Shown in pieces: positions 1 through 8,039 of a stretch of DNA of 55,155 nt. Both the position numbers and the translations under genes were made by a program. Where the stretch lies: positions 1-55,155 of the forward strand of contig JBNMJA010000002.1 of the NCBI GenBank assembly GCA_050873585.1, given 5' to 3'. Each line of letters opens with the position of its first letter. Position 1 is the stretch's first letter. The DNA is from Bacillota bacterium. Its GTDB lineage: Bacteria; Bacillota; Clostridia; Christensenellales; CAG-917. The notes beneath the pieces were generated by a model. That model had not been told where the DNA came from, made no database searches, and saw only the letters and a list, made by a program, of their open reading frames with translations.

Positions 1-348
1 AATCATAGCGGCGTCGCGCTCGTCCGTGTTGATAAGTTTAAGCTCTCCGCAAGTGCCTTTTGCAAGGGGTTGCTCGACCTTTTCGGATGCAACGTCCTCT
101 TCTTTTTTATCCTTTTTCCAAAACGTCATTTTGGCTTTGAGGTTTTGCACCTTGTCGTTCCACTCGGGATGCTTTTCTTTGAGCTTCTCGCTTCCGTCGA
201 ATATTTTGCCGACAAGCGAAACGATGAGCATAAGCAAAATCAAGACGATAAACACAACCACGATGCCGATGAGTGCAAGCAAAAGCGCGTCGGTCACTTT
301 GAGAGGGTCGGTTCTATTCAAGATTCCGCAAAGAATGATATCGTTCAT
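1..348 (-). CDS. OadG-like small membrane subunit of a Na+-translocating decarboxylase; start is in the window and the 3' end runs off the window edge
   Basis: ATG at 348-346 is preceded by AGAGGTGA. The translation is MNDIILCGILNRTDPLKVTDALLLALIGIVVVFIVLILLMLIVSLVGKIF..., a single N-terminal TM helix followed by a charged tail. It lies immediately downstream of the carboxyltransferase gene. It is absent from the ORF track because no stop falls inside the window. Confidence 0.5.
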   Translation of the reverse strand, partial: MNDIILCGILNRTDPLKVTDALLLALIGIVVVFIVLILLMLIVSLVGKIFDGSEKLKEKHPEWNDKVQNLKAKMTFWKKDKKEEDVASEKVEQPLAKGTCGELKLINTDERDAAMI

Positions 349-358
349 AGTTCACCTC

Positions 359-1762
359 TTATTCTTCAACGGGAGAAATGGTGTATTTGACCACTTTTTC
401 TTCTTTCGCTTTACGAGCCGCGAAATACTTTTCGGTCACTTGCGGGAAGAGGATGTAAGAAAGCACGTCCTCATCGTTCTTTGCAATGCCTTTAAGCACT
501 TCTTTGGTCTTTTCAAAGACGGGTTCGAGAGTGTCGGCATATCTGCCTTCGACGGGCTTTTCGTCGCCGAGAGCCTTTTTGACGACTTCGGGATTGATAG
601 GCGCGGGAGAAGTGCCGTACTCGCCTCTGCAATATGCTTTGACTTCTTTGGAGATATTCTTATATCTCTCGCCCGAAAGCACGTTATTTGTTGCCTGCAC
701 GCCGACCATTTGGCTCATAGGCGTGACGAGGGGCGGATAACCGAGATCTGCTCTGACCTTTGGCGTTTCGATAAGCACTTGCTCGAACTTATCCATAGCG
801 TTTTGCGCTTTGAGTTGGGATACGAGGTTTGAGAGCATACCGCCGGGCACTTTGTACGTGAGAGCGTCGGTGTCGGTGGTGAGCATCTTGGGATTGAGCG
901 TGCCGTCTTTGAGGTATTCGTCTCTTATAGGCTTGAAGAAGTCGTTGACTTGTTTGAGCACGTCGTCGTTAAGCCCCGTTTCGTAGCCGAGTTGTTTGAG
1001 CGCGATATTGATGGTTTCGGTCGCAGGTTGGCTCGTGCCGCCGCTAAAGCATGACGTTGCGGTATCGATAACGTCCACGCCTGCCTCGATAGCCTTCATA
1101 TATGTCATATACGCCATACCCGTGGTGCAGTGAGTGTGCAACACGACGGGGATTTTGACTTCGTTTTTGATTGCGCCGATAAGTTCGTACGCCTCGAACG
1201 GAGTCATCGTACCTGCCATATCCTTGACGCAGATAGTCGCAACGCCCATTTCTTCGAGTTGTTTTGCGAGTTTTGCAAAAGCGTCGAGAGTGTGAACGGG
1301 GCTTTGCGTATAACTTATTGCGCCCGACACGGTAGCGCCGCACTTGATTGCGGTCTTTGTAGCCGTCTCGAGATTGCGCACGTCGTTGAGCGCGTCGAAA
1401 ATACGGATGATATCGATGCCGTTGTCAACGGATTTTTCCACGAACATTTTGACGATTTCGTCGGGATAATGCTTATATCCGAGAAGATTTTGACCTCTGA
1501 GGAGCATTTGCAACTTCGTATTGGGCATAGCCTTGCGAATATCGCGCAAACGTTTCCAAGGATCTTCGTCGAGATATCTCAGACAAACGTCGAAAACCGC
1601 ACCGCCCCAGCACTCGACAGAGTAGTACCCTGCTTTGTCCATAGTGGGAAGAATGTCGGCAAATTTAGAATACGGCAAGCGCGTAGCAATCAAAGATTGA
1701 TTGGCGTCACGCAACACCGTTTCGGTAAAAAGAACTTTCTTTTGAGCAAATTCTTTTTTCAT
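359..1762 (-). CDS. Carboxyltransferase subunit (oxaloacetate decarboxylase alpha / pyruvate carboxylase subunit B / transcarboxylase 5S-like), lacking a biotinyl domain
   Basis: 467 aa. The HMGL-like TIM-barrel N-terminus reads TETVLRDANQSLIATRL...ECWGGAVFD...LLRGQNLLGY...HTHCTTGMA. GGAGG lies upstream of the ATG. Confidence 0.85.
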   Translation of the reverse strand: MKKEFAQKKVLFTETVLRDANQSLIATRLPYSKFADILPTMDKAGYYSVECWGGAVFDVCLRYLDEDPWKRLRDIRKAMPNTKLQMLLRGQNLLGYKHYPDEIVKMFVEKSVDNGIDIIRIFDALNDVRNLETATKTAIKCGATVSGAISYTQSPVHTLDAFAKLAKQLEEMGVATICVKDMAGTMTPFEAYELIGAIKNEVKIPVVLHTHCTTGMAYMTYMKAIEAGVDVIDTATSCFSGGTSQPATETINIALKQLGYETGLNDDVLKQVNDFFKPIRDEYLKDGTLNPKMLTTDTDALTYKVPGGMLSNLVSQLKAQNAMDKFEQVLIETPKVRADLGYPPLVTPMSQMVGVQATNNVLSGERYKNISKEVKAYCRGEYGTSPAPINPEVVKKALGDEKPVEGRYADTLEPVFEKTKEVLKGIAKNDEDVLSYILFPQVTEKYFAARKAKEEKVVKYTISPVEE

Positions 1763-2155
1763 TTTATAGCCTCCGAAAAATGATTCAGTTTAAGTATAAC
1801 AAATTATATTGTCAAATCAATCAATTTTTTAAAATATAGATAAAAAAATATCAAAAAAACATCGCTGAGGCATTGCTCAAGCGTCGCATAGGCAAAAGCA
1901 ACAAGCATTCGCTTATTGCTTAGTGCCTCGCTTGCTCTCGCAATCACTAACCGCGCAATCGATACACGCTATCAGTTCGAGCAGGGATAAAAACTCAAGC
2001 CACAGTTTCGCTATATCGCTTGCTTGGTATATGCGCCTACGGCGCGAGTTGTTAAAATTGCACTTATTCGAAGCGTTCTTATACACGGTATTCGTCTATT
2101 CGCAGACGGAACGAATCCGCCGTCCGCGAACCAGTAGAGCGGACTATTTAACATT

Positions 2156-2480
2156 CACTCATTCAGGGCGTTCTTATACACGGTATCTGCCCTTTCGAAG
2201 ACGAAACTCGAGCCGCAGGGCGGCGAGCATATGAGCGCCGAACTTGACGATTAGTACAAGTGAGCGGACGGGCTGGGATTATTTTCGTCCGCGAACGAGT
2301 GACATAACAAGAGGACGATAGCCTTCTATGTGAGTGCCGATTGTCTCCCCCGCGAACGACGATTACTTTTGTAGAGAAATGACGTTAGTTTGAGTGGTGG
2401 GAGAAATACCGGCGTGGTCCGGAAAGAGGGGGCGCATCTATTTTAGGGTTCTAAACGCCCACCTCTTGTAGAGGAAGAAC
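2156..2480 (+). repeat. Intergenic repeat array, copy A (about 100-bp period; core motif CATATGAGCGCCGAA at 2227-2242 and CTATGTGAGTGCCGAT at 2326-2341)
   Basis: It aligns by eye over about 320 bp with the reverse complement of 10791-11107, for example ttcgaagacgaaactcgagccgcagggcggcgagcatatgagcgccgaacttga versus ttcgaagacgtaacacgagccgcaaggcgacgagcatatgagcgccgaacttga. An extra partial duplication lies upstream: gcgttcttatacacggtat occurs at 2073 and 2168. Confidence 0.65.
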
Positions 2481-2533
2481 ACAACACGTGAGGAAAGGGG
2501 AAATTGCATTTAAGTTTTCCAACGCTCATTTTT

Positions 2534-3523
2534 TTACTCGCAATCACTCAACGGTAGCATTTTCACTTCAAAACTTCCGTCGTCGTAGATATCGATGATC
2601 GTACCGCCTCTTTGCGTGAATCGCTTGTCTATTCCCTTGTATGCGTTGTAGTCGATGCTCATTCCGTACGTCAGGCGAATCCCCTTGTACGTCATAGACA
2701 GCGTATTGAGGTGGTCGTGTCCCATAAACATACCCTTGCAACTGCCGAGTTTGACCATTTCTTCAAAGAATTTGCCATCTTTTGTTTTGGGATATCCGAA
2801 GTAGTTGTCTTTCTCTTGCACGAATCCGCAGTGATAGACCGCCTCGCTTGAGCCTCGATAACACTTCTCCCACCCCTCTTTGAATTCTTTGGGCGGAATG
2901 TGGAAGAACGCAAGCGACCTTGCCGCCTTGCCGTTTTCGGACAACGCCTCGATTTCCTTTTTATACCACTCTATCTGATCGTCGTGAATGACGTCGAATC
3001 CGCTAAAGAAGTTCCACGTAAGGTATGCGTTGCTGTCCACGAACATAAGCGCGGTATTGAGCGAGCCGTCCTCGTTGAGAAGAGGTATGCAGTAGTTGCC
3101 CACGCCGAAGATATTCGGATCGCCTTTTTGGAAGTGGCAATGCGGCTGCGACGCATAGAAATCTCCAAGTTGATGTTTATTCAGTTTTGCCCACACTTCG
3201 CTGTCGTGATTGCCGAAAACGACGGTCCAATCAACGCCCAGTCTTTCCATAAGCGAGGCAAACATATTCGATGATTTGAAATTATTGCGCGTGCCTTGAT
3301 TGAGGAAAGGCATAGGATACACCATATCCCCCGTCACCGCCACGAAATCGGCGTTTGCGTTTTTGACTATTTTTTCAACTGCGGCGAGTGCGAGTTTATC
3401 CTTTTTGCGAGTGCCCAAAGAGCCGCCGATATGAATATCCGTCAGTTGCAGAATCCTGAAAGGTTTCCCATTCTCTTTTACGATAACTTCTCTGCCGTCA
3501 CGCTTTTCGAAACGTCCGTTCAT
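2534..3523 (-). CDS. Calcineurin-like metallophosphoesterase
   Basis: 329 aa with the motifs LTDIHIG, VTGDMV, GNHD and MGHDH. The start abuts the stop of the upstream transporter gene, so the two look like an operon. Confidence 0.85.
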   Translation of the reverse strand: MNGRFEKRDGREVIVKENGKPFRILQLTDIHIGGSLGTRKKDKLALAAVEKIVKNANADFVAVTGDMVYPMPFLNQGTRNNFKSSNMFASLMERLGVDWTVVFGNHDSEVWAKLNKHQLGDFYASQPHCHFQKGDPNIFGVGNYCIPLLNEDGSLNTALMFVDSNAYLTWNFFSGFDVIHDDQIEWYKKEIEALSENGKAARSLAFFHIPPKEFKEGWEKCYRGSSEAVYHCGFVQEKDNYFGYPKTKDGKFFEEMVKLGSCKGMFMGHDHLNTLSMTYKGIRLTYGMSIDYNAYKGIDKRFTQRGGTIIDIYDDGSFEVKMLPLSDCE

Positions 3524-3524
3524 G

Positions 3525-5267
3525 TTATTCCTCTTCGTTCTCTATTTCGACTTTATCTTCGTTTTCGTCGCTTTCAACTTCGATTTGTGCGATTTCCTCA
3601 TCAGTTTGAGCGATTTGCTCGACTGCGCTTTCAACGCCTTCAACGAAGTCGGTTTCGGGAGCGCAGACAGGATTGCCTTCCTCGTCAACTTTAGAGGGAT
3701 CAACCACGTCCTCGGGGTCAACCTTGCCGTAGAGTTCGGCAATGAGCGCTTCACGCTCCGCACTCTCTTCGTCGGTGAGAGTCTTGCCCGACTTTCTCGC
3801 TTCGATGAAGTAGCGGATTCTCGTAAGTTTCTCGCTCGTAACTTTATATTTGAGAGATGCAATCAACGCAACGGTGATAAACACCGCAACCGAAATGCCG
3901 AGCGTCAGACGCACGACAAGCAACACCGTATCAGATTGTTGAACGTATGCCGAGGGATCGTTCGAGGTGTTTTCGACGTAACCGAGCGCACCGATAACCC
4001 AGCCGACCATACCGACGCCAAGACCGCCGCCCACTTTTCTTGCGAGCGTCATCATACCGCTGTAAGTACCCGTGGGGCGTTGACCCGTTGCCATTTCCGC
4101 AACGTCGACGGTATCGGGGAAAATAATCCAAGGCATCATCTGCGCTCCGCCGAATCCGAGTCCCATAACGAGAGCCACGATAGGCACGAGAATTGGATGC
4201 GCCCAACTCGGGTCCATTGCCGCAAGCATAATGCCGCCTGCGATATAGAACGGAAGCCCCATGCGGAATGCGAATTGTTTGCTCTTTTTGTCCATCATCA
4301 CGCGAGCGAGCGGGAACATAACCACCGCCGCCACCATCATAGGCGCGATGATAAAGAGCGATGACATTTTCATGCCGAACAGTTCGTAGCCGTGCCACAC
4401 GTCGGTTGCATAGTACACTGCGAGTGCGGAAATGATATCCATACAAATGAACGCCGTGACGTACATCACGATATGCCAACGATAGGAGCGATTCTTGTAC
4501 GGCGCTGCGTAACTGTTTGCAAATTGTTTGAGATTGAAATGCTTTTTCGGAGTTTTGGGTTTGATACGCTCTTTTACGAAAATACCGCAAATGACAAGTC
4601 CGCCGCCAAACAGCGTTCCGAACACCAAACTCATACAAAGCCAAAATTGAGTCGAAGTGAGTTGCGGCACAAACAGGAATCCCGTTCCTTCGGGGTTGGT
4701 GAGCGCTTCGATAAACACGAGCGGCAAAACGTAGCCGAGTCCCGACGCGATTGCCGTAAACACAAGTTTGACGGTGTTTGCGTTGTTGCGTTCTCTGAAC
4801 GATGGCGTAATATCGCTTGACATCGAGCAGTACGGCACTTGCGTGACCGTCGAACACGTGTTCCAAAGCAGATACATAAAAATTATGTACGCCGTAAATC
4901 CGCCGACGTTCATTCCCCACTCTCTCACCGGCAGGAACACGAGGAATATGCAAAGAAACAAGGATATGCCGCCAAAGAACATATACGGTTTTCTTCTTCC
5001 CCACTTTCCGCGAGTATTGTCCGAGATGAATCCCATAAACGGGTCGGTGATAGCGTCCCAGAATTTTGCGACCATCATAATCGTCGAGGCAACCGCCATA
5101 GCGATTCCGTTCTTGGTCATATACGCAAGCATAACGCAAGACATCATACTCACGCCGCCGCCGTCCATAAGACCGCCGATACCGTAAGCGAGTTTCTCTT
5201 TGAGAGGAACTCTGTCCTCATCGGCAATCGGTTCGAGATTTACAGTTTTGGTTTTTTCTTTTTTCAC
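3525..5267 (-). CDS. MFS transporter, glycoside-pentoside-hexuronide (GPH):cation symporter family, with a long acidic C-terminal tail
   Basis: Signature DAITDPFMGFISDNTRGKWGRRKPY and about 12 predicted TM segments. I prefer GTG at 5267 (GAGG about 7 nt upstream) to the track's TTG at 5279. Confidence 0.8.
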   Translation of the reverse strand: MKKEKTKTVNLEPIADEDRVPLKEKLAYGIGGLMDGGGVSMMSCVMLAYMTKNGIAMAVASTIMMVAKFWDAITDPFMGFISDNTRGKWGRRKPYMFFGGISLFLCIFLVFLPVREWGMNVGGFTAYIIFMYLLWNTCSTVTQVPYCSMSSDITPSFRERNNANTVKLVFTAIASGLGYVLPLVFIEALTNPEGTGFLFVPQLTSTQFWLCMSLVFGTLFGGGLVICGIFVKERIKPKTPKKHFNLKQFANSYAAPYKNRSYRWHIVMYVTAFICMDIISALAVYYATDVWHGYELFGMKMSSLFIIAPMMVAAVVMFPLARVMMDKKSKQFAFRMGLPFYIAGGIMLAAMDPSWAHPILVPIVALVMGLGFGGAQMMPWIIFPDTVDVAEMATGQRPTGTYSGMMTLARKVGGGLGVGMVGWVIGALGYVENTSNDPSAYVQQSDTVLLVVRLTLGISVAVFITVALIASLKYKVTSEKLTRIRYFIEARKSGKTLTDEESAEREALIAELYGKVDPEDVVDPSKVDEEGNPVCAPETDFVEGVESAVEQIAQTDEEIAQIEVESDENEDKVEIENEEE

Positions 5268-5650
5268 GTTGCACCTCAAAAAAGGATTTACGAAATCATT
5301 TTATCATACGCGCGAGCGCATAACAACTCAAAATTTAATTATGCTCTCAAAAAATTGCAACCGCCCCAAATCACTCCGTCCGCGCGCCGCCGTTTCGTCC
5401 CGACCGATTAAGTTGCGCTCTCCGATTTTCAACCGCCGCGCCGCCATTCACACACGCTCATCGGTTGCCGTGGCGCACCCCAAAATCTCCATACCGCGCG
5501 CTCATTTTCAAAACGCACACCGTTACCGCTTCACGCCGCACGACCGATACGGCGCAAACTCCGTCCGTCAAATTACGCTCCCGAACGGCGCGACGCACGC
5601 TCGTATTTTCTCTCTTTTCCCAAGTCCAAAAAATCATCTCGAAAAAATAT

Positions 5651-5680
5651 AAAAAAACCGCGGAAAATCCGCGGTTTTTT
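5651..5680. terminator. Bidirectional intrinsic terminator downstream of thrS
   Basis: aaaaaaaCCGCGGaaaatCCGCGGtttttt: a 6-bp GC stem flanked by an A-run and a T-run. Confidence 0.7.
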
Positions 5681-5756
5681 GATGGTTTTTTGCATTTTTT
5701 AGAATCGTTTTTTGACAAAAACAACCGATTTTTGATATTGATTTTAGACAAAACGT

Positions 5757-7523
5757 TTATTTTCTCGTGCGAATTTCCTCTGTTACGAACGCCACGAATT
5801 CGTCAAGCGACATCACTTTTGTCTCCGCGGTATCTCTGAAACGCACCGCAACCGTTCCGTTTTCGGACTCTTGTTGACCGATTACGAGCATATACGGCAC
5901 TCTGTCCACGACTTGCGCTTCTCTTATCTTATAGCCGATTTTTTCGTTGCGGTCGTCGTATTCCGTGCGAATCTTCGCCGCGCGCAAAGCCTCGTAAACC
6001 TTTCTTGCATACTCGTCGTGCTTCTCCGAAACGGGCAGCACTTTGACCTGAATCGGAGCGAGCCAAGTCGGGAACTTTCCTGCAAAATGTTCGGTTAGAA
6101 TGCCGATAAATCTCTCAATCGAGCCGTACACGACGCGGTGAACCATGATAGGTCTTTGTCTTTCGCCGTTTTCGTCGACGTATTCCAAACCGAAGTTGAG
6201 CGGCATCTGGAAGTCGAGTTGAATCGTGCCGCATTGCCACGTTCTGCCGAGAGTATCTTCGAGGTGGAAGTCGATTTTCGGACCGTAGAATGCGCCGTCG
6301 CCTTCGTTGACGATATACGGAAGTCCGATTTTTTCAAGAGCGGTTTTGAGTCCGTTGGTTGCGGCTTCCCAATCCTCGTCGCTTCCCATACTGTCCTCCG
6401 GACGCGTGGAAAGTTCAACGAAATACTTAAATCCGAATTTGCTATAAACTTCGTTTATAAGATGCACGACTCCGATGATTTCGTCGGTGATTTGTTCTCT
6501 TCTCATAAAGATATGAGCGTCGTCTTGCGTGAAGCATCTGACTCTGAACAGACCGTGGAGCGCGCCTTTGAGCTCGTGACGATGCACGAGTCCGAGTTCA
6601 CCCACACGCAGCGGCAAATCGCGGTAACTGTGCGGTTCGCTCTTATACACCATAACGCCGCCCGGGCAGTTCATCGGCTTGACGCAATACGTTTCGTCGT
6701 CGATGATCGTGGAGTACATATTGTCTTTGTAGTGATCCCAGTGACCGCTGGTTTCCCACAAATGACGATTCATAATCATAGGAGTGGACACCTCGACGTA
6801 ATGGTCGCGAGTGTGGATTTCACGCCAATAATCGATGAGCGAATTTTTGATTGCCATACCGTTTGGCAGGAAGAACGGAAATCCCGGAGCCTCGTCGCAG
6901 AGCATAAACAGTTTCATTTCCTTGCCTATGCGGCGATGATCGCGCTTTTCGGCTTCTTCGAGAAGTTTGAGATAGTCGTCGAGTTCCTGTTGAGTGGCAA
7001 AAGCCGTGCCTTTGACTCTCGTGAGCATCTTGTTGTTTTTGTCGTTCTTCCAGTATGCGCCCGACTGTCCCATAATCTTGAACGCTTTGAGTGCCTTCGT
7101 GTACGTGAGGTGAGGGCCTACGCACATATCGATATACTCGCCTTGCTGATAGAACGTGATGACCGCGTCGTCGGGAAGGTCGCCGATATGCTCGACTTTG
7201 TATTTCTCTCCCCTCTGTTGCATAAGCGCGATAGCTTCCTCGCGAGGAAGCGAGAACGCCTTAATCGGAAGATTCTCTTTGACGATTTTTTTCATTTCCG
7301 CTTCGATGTGCGCAAGGTCGTCGTCGGTGAGTTTGGTTTCGCCGAGGTCAACGTCGTAATAAAAACCTTTCTCGTTGGCAGGACCGTAAGCAAAGTCTGC
7401 TTCGGGGAAAAGGCGTTTGATTGCCTGCGCCATAATGTGCGCGGCGGTGTGACGGATAACGTGCAATTCTTCTGCTTTGTCCGTGATTTCTCCGACCGTG
7501 CCGTTGTTGTAGATAACTTTCAT
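5757..7523 (-). CDS. thrS: Threonine--tRNA ligase (N-terminal TGS domain largely missing)
   Basis: 588 aa. Contains HVIRHTAAHIMAQA (editing domain), class II motifs (FRVRCFTQDDAHIF, GAFYGPKID) and an anticodon-binding C-terminus. AAGGAG SD. Preceded by a Thr T-box. Confidence 0.95.
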   Translation of the reverse strand: MKVIYNNGTVGEITDKAEELHVIRHTAAHIMAQAIKRLFPEADFAYGPANEKGFYYDVDLGETKLTDDDLAHIEAEMKKIVKENLPIKAFSLPREEAIALMQQRGEKYKVEHIGDLPDDAVITFYQQGEYIDMCVGPHLTYTKALKAFKIMGQSGAYWKNDKNNKMLTRVKGTAFATQQELDDYLKLLEEAEKRDHRRIGKEMKLFMLCDEAPGFPFFLPNGMAIKNSLIDYWREIHTRDHYVEVSTPMIMNRHLWETSGHWDHYKDNMYSTIIDDETYCVKPMNCPGGVMVYKSEPHSYRDLPLRVGELGLVHRHELKGALHGLFRVRCFTQDDAHIFMRREQITDEIIGVVHLINEVYSKFGFKYFVELSTRPEDSMGSDEDWEAATNGLKTALEKIGLPYIVNEGDGAFYGPKIDFHLEDTLGRTWQCGTIQLDFQMPLNFGLEYVDENGERQRPIMVHRVVYGSIERFIGILTEHFAGKFPTWLAPIQVKVLPVSEKHDEYARKVYEALRAAKIRTEYDDRNEKIGYKIREAQVVDRVPYMLVIGQQESENGTVAVRFRDTAETKVMSLDEFVAFVTEEIRTRK

Positions 7524-7534
7524 AAAACGCTCCT

Positions 7535-7820
7535 TTTATGACGATTTATTTCTCATTTTCGTGGATTTCAAACAAAAAAACCCTCGAAAAAAACGTACTC
7601 CTACGCTTTTCCCAAGGGCGCATAAATGCTCGGTTCCACCTTGATTTTTACTTGCTTTTCCTTTTACGCAAGGTGTGCGGCGACGCTTACTGTCGTTTCG
7701 GCGCGCGACTCCGGAATGGTCTTCGCTCAACCTCCGCAAAGAAACTCCCAGCAAACGTTTCTCTCTCTCGGTGCGGAAATGAAGAGTTACTCTTTCCTTC
7801 ACAGTCTTTATAAATTTTTC
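7535..7820 (-). promoter_or_regulatory. T-box riboswitch leader (threonine specifier) controlling thrS
   Basis: Read on the minus strand, the elements are: an AGAGAGAG GA motif; a GCUGGGA distal loop; GAA-ACG-A (candidate Thr codon ACG at 7694-7696) followed by AGUA; the T-box sequence GGUGGAACCGAG (7629-7640); and a 17-bp terminator helix with a GGAG loop (7581-7618) plus U7 (7574-7580). Confidence 0.8.
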
Positions 7821-7826
7821 GACTTG

Positions 7827-7855
7827 ATTATATCACCCAAGCATTTGGCTGTCAA
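7827..7855 (-). promoter_or_regulatory. sigma-A promoter of the thrS leader
   Basis: Minus strand reads TTGACA (7855-7850), a 17-nt spacer, then TATAAT (7832-7827) with an extended -10 TG. Confidence 0.7.
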
Positions 7856-8000
7856 TTTATTTTGCAACTTAACTCTCAATTGCGCTCGCTTCGTCGATTT
7901 GACTTTCATTTCACCCCGATTAAAACGCAATGATTCGATTAATCGTAATTCTTTTTCGCTCTTGGAAATAATTCTAATACACTACCTAGATATAAGAAAA

Positions 8001-8031
8001 ACGACGATGCAAACGCGTCGTCGTTTTTTTT
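8001..8031. terminator. Intrinsic terminator hairpin after the zinc-ribbon membrane protein gene
   Basis: aaaaACGACGAtgcaaacgcgTCGTCGTttttttt: a 7-bp stem with A-runs and T-runs on both sides. Confidence 0.65.
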
Positions 8032-8039
8032 GATTGGTT

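Noticed and set aside
26-832. A 268-aa plus-strand ORF overlapping the OadG-like and carboxyltransferase genes, and other short plus or minus ORFs nested in annotated genes.
   Set aside because: They are antisense or alternate-frame shadows of well-supported genes, with no SD and compositionally implausible products.
2095-2145. A tRNA-like 3' end (GGAACGAATCC ... CGCGAACCA).
   Set aside because: - The T-loop is not GTTCGAATC-like in the right stem context.
- No acceptor or anticodon arms can be drawn.
- The CGTCCGCGAAC string is simply a recurring sub-motif of the repeat family.
1923-2234. A 103-aa ORF in repeat copy A, and the 68-aa ORF at 10871-11077 in copy B.
   Set aside because: - They lie on opposite strands of the homologous element, so they are not conserved as coding.
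- The only shared ATG frame (MSAELD...) stops after 7 codons in copy A.
- There is no SD.
3931-5139. A 402-aa same-strand alternate-frame ORF inside the MFS transporter gene.
   Set aside because: The product is Arg/Gly-rich and low-complexity. It overlaps a frame that has a clear transporter signature and TM periodicity.
5458-5751. A 97-aa minus-strand ORF between thrS and the transporter gene.
   Set aside because: It reads straight through the thrS intrinsic terminator, its product is basic and low-complexity, and it has no SD.
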